From contig NIVC01004339.1 of assembly GCA_002269645.1 (NCBI GenBank), positions 1 through 49,560 of the forward strand: DNA of 49,560 nucleotides, given 5' to 3'. The stretch comes from Macrostomum lignano. Taxonomy: Eukaryota. Below the pieces are notes generated by a model. That model had not been told where the DNA came from, did not search any database, and worked only from the letters and a program-made list of their open reading frames with translations. The position numbers and the translations under genes were made by a program. Below are positions 11,927-20,927 of the stretch, piece by piece. Within the stretch, counting starts at the first letter, position 1. Each line of letters begins with the position of its first letter.

Positions 11927-12698
11927 GGCAGACAGACAGGCGCATACCTGTTAACCCTGTAGCGGGGCAGCTGGAAGATGCTCTCATACCAGGCTAGAAT
12001 GCGGGCCGACTCGCTGGCATGGCAGGCTAGGGCCACGTGATCGATGAAGGCACCGCCACCGTCATCTTCTCCCTCCTGGTCCGCATCAGCTGATTCCGTG
12101 CGCTGCCTGCAGTAAGGCAAATTCAATGCGCTGAGCTGAATTTCAGTCCAATGGTCAGGCCATTCCCTCAGAATCGGCCCGCCTTCTATCTATACTCTTT
12201 TAATAGCTTTTTAAAGTCCCCAGCAAGGCCGATCACTCACGCAGGCACCAAGTCGGGAAAGCAGGCCGCCAGAAACTGTCTCCTGGACATCTGGTGCCGC
12301 TGGTGCCGCTGCTGCAGCACGGTGTGCCACAGGCCGCCGCTAGCCGGCGACTGAAATCGCAACGCAGGCACGGCGCCGCAGGCGGCCTCAACGGCAACTT
12401 CGGCGCGACGCCGATCGGCAACGAACTGATCGAGGCGCGGCGTCTCAAAAGCAACGTCAACAACGCTGTCGGTCTGGGGGCCCAGCAGAGGCCGCAGAAG
12501 GAACCTGGCCCGGCCCTTAGTGACCAGGGCGCCGTGTCCCGCTCCGCCTGGGTGCACCAGGGTCGGCCGGAAGTTCAGGCCGGCGCACAGGCGATCAAGC
12601 AGACGGCCCAGTCGCTTGGTGTGAATCTCCACGTGGTGGACGCGCAGCGACAGCTGCGACAAGGCGGCCGGCGCCCCAGTCGCCAGCGGCGGAAACAT
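9936..12698 (-). CDS. HPDL: 4-hydroxyphenylpyruvate dioxygenase-like protein, 398 aa; exons 12698-12241, 12106-11948, 11762-11623, 10979-10825, 10639-10512, 10092-9936
   Basis: All five introns are GT-AG with compatible phases (2,2,1,0,2); CDS totals 1197 nt. Fe-ligand motifs IDHVALA, GVQHVAI and TFFLELI are present. The C-terminus [42 protein letters not shown] matches the HPDL pattern (GA.GFG.GNI.ALW) rather than HPD. Confidence 0.92.
10141..10462. repeat. 25-bp (variant 21-bp) minisatellite CTACAGCAGATAATCCCTCCCTACC in HPDL intron 5
   Basis: About 13 direct copies of CAGCAGATAATCCCT. Confidence 0.95.
10990..11500. repeat. 21-bp minisatellite (GTGCCATTTTGACTCTGAGCT) with an embedded (TCTG)n, HPDL intron 3
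   Basis: 7-aa periodic ORFs in several frames; the array ends about 10 nt from the exon-4 acceptor. Confidence 0.95.
11795..11940. repeat. (GACA)n microsatellite filling HPDL intron 2
   Basis: Direct reading. Confidence 0.95.
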
Positions 12699-12775
12699 TG
12701 GAGGTAGTGACTTTTGGTAGCAATTTCTTTAGCGAGACACAGCTAACTGTTTATTGTTCAGCGGCCCAGACAGAG

Positions 12776-13087
12776 TGGGTGGGTGTGCGAAGTGGGCCAG
12801 ATGGAGTGGGGTGGGTGTGCGCAGCGGGCCAGATGGAGTGGGGTGGGTGTGCGCAGCGGGCCAGATGGAGTGGGGTGGGTGTGCGCAGCGGGCCAGATGG
12901 AGTGGGGTGGGTGTGCGCAGCGGGCCAGATGGAGTGGGGTGGGTGTGCGCAGCGGGCCAGATGGAGTGGGGTGGGTGTGCGCAGCGGGCCAGATGGAGTG
13001 GGGTGGGTGTGCGCAGCGGGCCAGATGGAGTGGGGTGGGTGTGCGCAGCGGGCCAGATGGAGTGGGGTGGGTGTGCGCAGCGGGCCA
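12776..13087. repeat. 32-bp G-rich minisatellite (CGGGCCAGATGGAGTGGGGTGGGTGTGCGCAG), ~9.5 copies
   Basis: ATGGAG at 12801, 12833 etc.; near-identical copies. Confidence 0.95.
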
Positions 13088-13376
13088 ATGAGTCTATGAT
13101 TGAATAGTAAAAAATAATAATTGCACGAAGACATCATACCAGGCTCAGAAAAGCCTAGAAAAGGATAGTTCATATATTTAATGCCATCATATAGAAGGCA
13201 TTATACTGAAAATCTAACATGAAACAGTATTCAAAGTACAGCGAATAATCAACTCAGCCTAAAGAAAGCAAGAAATGCGACTATACTACTAAGGTCTACA
13301 GTGCCAGTAGGCACTAGAATTTACAAACTTTGACGTTACCAAATTTATCTGCTTATTGTGTCTAACAGCTAAAAAG

Positions 13377-13727
13377 TCACTTTTTCTCATCCACAGATTC
13401 CACGACATCATATTTGTTCGCGGCCTGCTCAGCCTGTCGCAGCTGCTCCTCCATGCGCTGCCACTCGCGTCGCTGCTGGGCCTCCTCGCGTTCCCGTTTG
13501 CGAATTCTGGTCAGCACCTTCTGGATCTCCTTGCGCGAATTCTTCTTGGACACTGCGATGCTCGACAGCTTAGAAGAGTACGACTGCGACGTCTGTAATT
13601 GACGGGCTGGAGCAGCGGCGATGAGGCGAGAGGGAAGCTGGACGAATTGACTGGGATGACGGAGCGCTGTGCTCAGCAGTCCGCTGGATACAGCGCTGAC
13701 AATGGCACCGAACGGGCGGGCGGACAT
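13377..13727 (-). CDS. 116-aa hypothetical protein with a mitochondrial-presequence-like N-terminus and a charged coiled-coil C-terminus
   Basis: ATG-to-TGA ORF forming a GC-rich island in AT-rich flanks. The first ~65 aa are rich in R/S/A/L with no D/E and contain an ARQLQTS cleavage-like motif, followed by KEIQKVLTRIRKREREEAQQRREWQRMEEQLRQAEQ. Confidence 0.7.
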   Translation of the reverse strand: MSARPFGAIVSAVSSGLLSTALRHPSQFVQLPSRLIAAAPARQLQTSQSYSSKLSSIAVSKKNSRKEIQKVLTRIRKREREEAQQRREWQRMEEQLRQAEQAANKYDVVESVDEKK

Positions 13728-13914
13728 GGCCGCTGCAATGCAATCGTATGGAGGAAAATCCGATTATTATAAATACAATGTTGGCGTAACACTACTACTT
13801 AAAACTAGACAATAGTAGAGTAAGGAAGACATTATCGTGTTTTAAAAATCGATTGGCCGCTTTTACTGTACGCTCGTAAAAGCATGCACTAATTAAATCT
13901 TGTCTGAATGAAAC

Positions 13915-14222
13915 GTGTACCGTAACTATTTTGAGCCAATAAAAATTAACATGCCAGCGCGTACTGCTATTGGACGAGAAAATTATCACGTGACTATTTT
14001 GAACCAATAGCAAGAGGGCTCCGGGTTCGAGATATTTTTATTGAATGAAATGATTGTCACGTGAATATTGTAAACCAATAGCAAGAGAGCCGCGTTTGAG
14101 ACTTGCTATTGGACGAAATGATTGTCACGTGACTACTGTGAACCAATAGCAAGAGGGCTCTGGGATTGAGATATTTCTAAAGGTCGCGAACATTGTCACG
14201 TGACTGCTCTAAGCCTATAGCA
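13915..14222. promoter_or_regulatory. Tandem 68/71-bp repeat (4 full units plus 1 partial) carrying TCACGTGA E-boxes and CCAAT boxes
   Basis: TCACGTGA at 13986, 14057, 14125 and 14196; CCAAT at 13936, 14004, 14075 and 14143; inverted ATTGG at 13969 and 14108. Lies 190-500 bp upstream of the 116-aa ORF start. Confidence 0.6.
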
Positions 14223-15402
14223 TATATAGGCGCACTGTATTGGCCAGGATTTCCAAGGTTGCCCTAGTTCGCACAATAATATAATATAATACAAAAGTAC
14301 AAATTTAAAACGCCCAGTATTCGGCGGCGGATACGTACAACTTCCATTTTCGCGCATAAATCGAGTTTATTTTCGGCTGGATTGAATAATTTATATTTTA
14401 TAATACAAGACTAAAGTCTGACAGAAACCGACATCAAATCACTCTGCATTCTCTTATTTCTCTGTCTCAAATTCACAACAATTTACAGGCTTTTCAGTGT
14501 GATGAGTGAGCAGAAAGCAAATAGGCAGAAAGATTTCAAAGCGCGCGCCTCGAACCGCAACTCAGAGGGTGCTCATCGGTGGGGTTGGTGGCGGGGCGGG
14601 GGCAGCTATTTCGAGTGGCGCTTGACTCGAGCAAAAAATAGAAGACAAAATTGAGGCAAATTTATTGGTAAAAATGAAATTGAATTGAAGCTTCAGCTCA
14701 ATAATGCTCAGCGCAGATCACGGGGAGCTAGTGAGGCGTGAGAAGTGCAGGAACTGACAGAAAGAACCGATCTGTGTAGCCGGGGAAAAAAACAAACAAA
14801 AAAACAGAGACAGCAACATTAATGAGTAACATAGATCACGTGATCACAAATTAGCAGCTGGGAAAGCCTAACGTGATGAGGGAAGAAGCGCGACCGATTT
14901 TATCGATTGAATAAAATAATAAATAATATTAGATAATATATATCGCAAGTCTGTAAGGCAACAGAAGGAATAAAGATTACATAATATAAATATATTTATT
15001 CTAATATAAATAGACTGGCCTAGCCAACGATAGCTACAAGGACATTCATATGTATATGCGCGTGTGTGTATTGGATCGCCCAATTAAAATAGAGCGGACA
15101 AATCAAAAACTGAAATCTGCTCTTCATCACATAATTGATCATTACTAATGTGGTACATGTAAAAAATAACAGTGGGCCACACGCATTTTAAGCAACAATG
15201 TATAAATATAGTAAATAGTGCTCAATATTTTGAATGACACCTGGCGACGGGGAAGATTGATTGAGAATAAAATTCATAGAAATAAGGCATTGAACAATTT
15301 GGGTAAGCGCGCTCTGCCAACATGGATGCCCTGCAATTACACTTACGAGCGTATTATACGAGTAATAATCATATTTCTGGCAGAGATCTCTGCAACTATT
15401 AT

Positions 15403-15408
15403 TTTATT
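15403..15408 (-). terminator. Candidate poly(A) signal of the FAM193 gene
   Basis: AATAAA on the minus strand ~60 nt after the TAG at 15472-15470. Confidence 0.4.
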
Positions 15409-15469
15409 CGCAATCAATTAGCTCAAAATTATGCTGAGACACTGGTGGAGCCTGAAACAGCCGGTTTGG

Positions 15470-18400
15470 CTATTTTCGCTTGCTGAACGACAGCGAGTGC
15501 AGATCGAGCCGGACCTTCTGCCGCTCCTTGGGCGCTTCCGTGTTCAGCACGAAACTGCGGGGGGGAGGGGTGGGGGTTCTGCATTGTTGGTGGCGAAACT
15601 GCTGGGGTGGGGTTCTGCATTGTTGGTGGCGAAACTGCTGGGGTGGGGGTGGGGGTTCTGCACTGTTGGTGGCGAAACTGCTGGGGTGGGGGTGGGGGTT
15701 CTGCATTGTTGGTGGCGAAACTGCTGGGGTGGGGGTGGGGGTTCTGCATTGTTGGTGGCGAAACTGCTGGGTGGGGGTGGGGGTTCTGCACTGTTGGTGG
15801 CGAAACTGCTGGGGTGGGGGTGGGGGTTCTGCATTGTTGGTGGCGAAACTGCTGGGGTGGGGGTGGGGGTTCTGCATTGTTGGTGGCGAAACTGCTGGGG
15901 TGGGGGTGGGGGTTCTGCATTGTTGGTGGCGAAACTGCTGGGATTGGGGGTGGGGGTTCTGCACTGTTGGTGGCGAAACTGCTGGGATTGGGGGTGGGGG
16001 TTCTGCACTGTTGGTGGCGAAACTGCTGGGATTGGGGTTCTGCACTGTTGGTGGCGAAACTGCTGGGGTGGGGGTGGGGGTTCTGCACTGTTGGTGGCGA
16101 AACTGCTGGGTGGGGGTGGGGGTTCTGCATTGTTGGTGGCGAAACTGCTGGGGTGGGGGTTCTGCACTGTTGGTGGCGAAACTGCTGGGATTGGGGGTTC
16201 TGCACTGTTGGTGGCGAAACTGCTGGGGTGGGGGTTCTGCACTGTTGGTGGCGAAACTGCTGGGATTGGGGGTTCTGCACTGTTGGTGGCGAAACTGCTG
16301 GGGTGGGGGTGGGGGTTCTGCACTGTTGGTGGCGAAACTGCTGGGGTGGGGGTGGGGGTTCTGCACTGTTGGTGGCGAAACTGCTGGGGTGGGGGTGGGG
16401 GTTCTGCATTGTTGGTGGCGAAACTGCTGGGGTGGGGGTGGGGTTCTGCATTGTTGGTGGCGAAACTGCTGGGGTGGGGTGGGGTTCTGCACTGTTGGTG
16501 ACGCAATTGCAGTAGGCTGAGGGCCGCAAGCAAACCTTTTAAACTGCTCGACCACCGGGTCCACATCGTCATCCAGATAGCCGTTGGCTGAGGCGTCTCT
16601 GGGCCGAAACACTTCCTCTGAAAGTGTACAGTTGAGGGAAGCATTAACAATCTGACTAGGGAGGGGGGGGGAGGGTGCAGGGCAACTATAGGGTAAACGC
16701 GTTCAAACTCTCGCCCGCTCGCCCGGGTGCCCGCAGCACTCCTAATCCTTCTCTAAGCAGCAAAGTGACACCAAAATTCTCACCAATTTCATCCATTTTA
16801 CTCCGGGACTCTCTGTCGCGAGAGTTCTGCTGATGTTGCTGATGAATTCTTAGCGGCGGATAGTGCTGTTGATAGTGCTGCTGCTGCTCCGGCAACAGAC
16901 TGTGCTGATTGTGCTGCGACTGAGCCGGCTGATGCCGCGTCGGCTGTCTCTGGTGTTGCTGCTGCTGATGGTTCTGGACAGCCTGACGGTGCTGCTTCAG
17001 CTGCACAGGTTGTTGCCTCTGTTGCTGCTGCTGTTGCTGCTGTCGAGGTTGCTGTTGTTGTTGCTGCAGCTGCTGCTGCTGCCTGTGGCTTCTTCGCTCA
17101 CCAGCGGCGGAACGAGTGACATTTGGAGGCGCGGCTGCGGCTGCCGCAGCAGCAGCTGGCTGAACGTACGAAGCCGTTCCATTCTGCCGCTGAGGCTGTT
17201 GGCGGTGATTCACGCGGCTACCCGCCTGCTGCTGTTGCTGCTGAAGAGGTCTTCGATTTGTTCCATTAACTGCACTATGCTGTTGCTGCTGCTGTTGTTG
17301 TTGCTGCTTCTGCTGTTGCTGTTGTTGTTGCTGCTGCTGTTGCGGTCGGCTGCTTTTCGCAGGCGCGGACTGCGCCGTCCGGATTTGAGTCTGAGAGGCC
17401 TTGGCGTCTGCTAGCACGCGCTGCTGCGTCCTCGGCTGCTGCTGCTGGGCCTGCTGCTGTTGCTGCTGCTTTGGCTGCGCCTCTCGCGGTGACGACAAAG
17501 GCGGCTGCGGCTTTGGAGTCGGCGGCTTCACCACAGACAGCGTTGAAGGAGCCGGCGGGGGCGAGGAAGGCGGAGACGGCAAAGGCGACCGTGCAGCAGC
17601 GGCGGTGGCGGCGGCTGCTGCTGCTGCGGCCTCCGCCTTTTTCGCCCGTTGGCGCGCCTTCTTGGCCTCGCGTTTCGTCATCTTCTTGTCGGCGGCCGGA
17701 GCGACGGAGTCGTTCGCCGCTCCGCTAGAAGGCTTCTTAGACGAGTCGCCTTCAATGAACTTCACCAGTTCGTCGATGTCGGCTGTCCGATCTGGCACCT
17801 TCGACTTCTTTGACTGCTGCTGCTGCTCTTTTGGCTGCGAATCCGGCTGCTGTTGCTGCTTTTGGCCATTCTCCTTCTTCTTCTGCAGTTTTAACCGCAG
17901 CTGTTCCCGTTTCTCAAAGAATTTCGGCGGCACGGGCGGCTGCTGGCCTCCAGTGTGGCCGAACACCTCGCAGTAGCAGCAGTCGCAGTACTTGGAGTTG
18001 CCGCCGCCCCGCTGGCAAGTCGAGTCGCCCGACCCCGCGTCATCGTCGTCGTCTTCTTCGTCGTCTTCATCGTCGTCGTCGTCTTCGTCGTCAACTCCAA
18101 CGCCGTCGCCGCCGCAGCAGCGATGGCCGCAAGGAGCGGCAGACGCTGGCGCGGCGAGCGGCTGACTTGCAGAAGCAGCGGCGGCAGCGGCGGCAGTGGC
18201 GCAGGTCGGAATCGGCTGCGGCAGGTGCGGCATCGGCATGGGCAGCGACGGCGGAGGAATCGGCGGCGGAGGTGACGCCGACGAGGAAGGCGACGCGGGC
18301 GAGGCCACTCGGGAGTTGGCCGGGACGCAGTCGGCCGGGGTCATCGGGTGGGACGGCAGCGGGGCGGACAAGCCGATGCCGGGCAGGCCGACGGCCTTGT

Positions 18401-20927
18401 ATCCGTAGTAGTAGCCGTCCTCCGACCCGTCCTCATCGTCTGAGCCCGCGTCGTCGTCCTCACCGTCTGCCTCGCCAACAGCGTCGTCGTCGTCGTCGTC
18501 GTGCCTATCGGAGTCGGATGAAGAGCAGCTGATCGACGGAGCGTGCAGGCCGCAGGTGAATCGGTGCATAGAGCAGTGCGAGCAGCCGCACAGGGTTTTA
18601 TGGCACTTCTCGCACACTGTGAAGCGACCGTCCTGCTGGCTTGGCTGGGCCTGCTGCGGTGACTGGTGCTGCTGCTGGTGCTGCAGGTGCTGGCTGCGTC
18701 TCTGCCTCGGCTGGTGACACCGGTGCAGCTCCTGCCAGGACTCCAGCAGCTGCTGGGAGCCGCGCCATCGGCTACTGACCTCCATCATAGTGTTGTCAAG
18801 CTCCAGGTAGGATTGCATGGCGTCCAGAGATGCATCGTCCTCGGTTGGTCGCAGCTTGTCCAACAGAACCGGCTGCACAGCCTGCAGAGAGTCAAGGGGT
18901 CAAATTGGTGCACATGCAGATAGTCATCAGGGGGGACAATTAAGGTCAAACTGGTGCACATACAGAGATAGTCATCAGGGAGATAATTAAGGTCAAACTA
19001 ATGCACATACAGCTAGCTAGTCATCGGGGAGAATTAAAGGTCAAACTGGTGCACATGCAGATTGTCATCAAGGAGACAATAAAGGTCAAACTGGTGCACA
19101 TACAGATAGTCATCAGGGGGACAATTAAGGTCAAACTGGTGCACATACAGAGATAGTCATCAGGGAGACAATTAAGGTCGAACGGGTGCACATGCAGATA
19201 GTCATCATTGACAATTAAAGTAACACTAATGTACATACATCATAGTGGAAAGAGACAAATTGAAGGTCACATAAATGTACTTATGGCTACATAGAAAGGA
19301 GACAATTCAAAGCAACAGCACTACAAAGACGCCTACCTGCAACTCGTCGCAGGAGTACACAAGCGAGTGGAACCAGTGCTCGCACAACAGCTGCCAGGAG
19401 AGGTCCATGCTGAGCAGGTGCCCGGACTCCAGTCTGGCCACGGCGGATGCCTGACGGGCGGCGGCCGCCCGCAGGTCGGCGAACTCCTGGCAGAGCGAGC
19501 GGACCAAGGCGCGGCACTGGTCGCGGCCAGAGACGCCAGACTCGCGCAGCTGGCTGAGCAGACGGGAGCCGGCCTCTTGCACCTGCAGAGCGGAGCGGAT
19601 AGAGAATGGAGTGTACTTTAGAAGGTCACCCTTAAATTCAACAACAGCAGCAACAGAATGCTGACATCATAGGTCATCAGCAAAACTAGTTTAGACGATA
19701 TTAAATCAATTGATTGAATAAATAGACAACTGAAACTTAGGTCCACAAAGTGTGGGTCCTGAATAGCCTAATTTTTTTACCTGATGCTCCCTGACCCTTC
19801 TGCTTTTATGCCCAACACAAAACGTCCAAAGTTCTCACCTGTTGGCGACCGACTTCTTCCAGCGCGTTGTACAACGCGCCGGGGTCGTTCTCGGCCAGCC
19901 AGTCGGCCTGCGCTGTCAGCCGGCCTTCGGGCGGAGCGGCGGCGTCGTCAGCGAACACAGCCTCGGCGGCAGCTCCGCCGCTGCCCAAATCGCGTAAGCG
20001 GCGCTTGACCAGCTGCGCCAGCAGGACTGGAGCTTCTGCACTGAAGCCGGGCGCAGCTGCGGACGCCGATGATGTCGAAGGATGCCGCAGCGACGTCGAG
20101 GCCGGCGGTGGCGGAGGCGGCTGTCTAAACGGCAGATTCGCAGATGAGAATGCCGACGAGCTGGGAAGCCGAGCGGGCGACTGGTGATGGCCAGTCTGGT
20201 GGTGGGAACCGTTCAGCAGGGGGCCGGCCGGAGCCGGCGGCGCGCCCATCACTGGGCCAGCGGCGGCGGCAGTGGGCCTTCGCGCAGCTGCCAACTTTCT
20301 ATTGGCAATCTTTTTAGGGCTGCCGTTGGCTGTTCTGGCATCTCCGCCGCCGCTGCCGCCGCCGCTGCCGCCGCCGCTGCCGCCGCCGCTGCCGCCGCCG
20401 CTGCCGCTGCCGCTGCCACCGCTGGGCGCCGCCTGACCACCCAGTGCGGCCGCGGCACGCGCCGCGTCGAAGGGGCTCCAGGCTCCGGCGGCGAAATTCG
20501 TGATGCCCGGCGCCACGGCGAGGCCGCTGTTTGAGCTGAAGTTCAACGAGAACGGCGACGCGCCCGAGGCCGCGTAGGAGGCGGCGGCTGCGGCAGCCGC
20601 GGCGGCCAGAGTCGGTCGTTCGCCCGGCCGCAGCAAAGCGGCACCGGCGTTGTTGTTGCTGCCGCTGTTGCTTGGCGACTGAGCGGAGGCGGCGCTGCTG
20701 CTGCCGCCGGTGCTGCTGTTGGCGCCGGAGGCTCCGTTGAACACGAAGCTCGGGGTTGGGGCAGCGGCCGAGGTGGTGCCGAAGCCAAGGCCAGTGAAGA
20801 TGGCTGGCTGAGGCTGCTGCTGGTCGGGAGTCGAGCACACAACCGGCGTGACGGCGGTGGAGGGGGGCGGTCCGCCCCGGCGGATTCGCTTGCGCGTGGA
20901 GACCGCTTTGGGTCGGCTGCTGCTCAT
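15470..20927 (-). CDS. FAM193A: FAM193-family protein, 1199 aa; exons 20927-19839, 19582-19337, 18881-16784, 16617-16536, 15554-15470
   Basis: Four GT-AG introns with phases 0,0,1,2; CDS totals 3600 nt. Family motifs: LESGHLLSMDLSWQLLCEHWFHSLVY, SKYCDCCYCEVFGH...EKREQLRLKL, DIDELVKFI...AKKARQRAKK, and C-terminal MDEIEEVFRPRD...VEQFKSFVLNTEAPKERQKVRLD. Assignment is at family level (A vs B not resolvable). An extra acceptor at 20994/20993 upstream may indicate another 5' exon or trans-splicing. Confidence 0.88.
15555..16505. repeat. ~37-44-bp G-rich (+) minisatellite filling the last FAM193 intron, 22 full copies
   Basis: GGGTTCTGCAYTGTTGGTGGCGAAACTGCTGGG counted 22 times; no stop codons in any frame. 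Confidence 0.95.
18895..19215. repeat. 45-48-bp minisatellite (GGTCAAACTGGTGCACATACAGATAGTCATCAGGG...), ~7 copies, FAM193 intron 2
   Basis: GGTCAAA at 18898, 18944, 18991, 19039, 19084 and 19129; variant at 19176. Confidence 0.9.

Noticed and set aside
15429-16650. 300-380-aa ORFs in all six frames
   Set aside because: Products of a stop-free minisatellite; only the flanking exon pieces are conserved FAM193 sequence.
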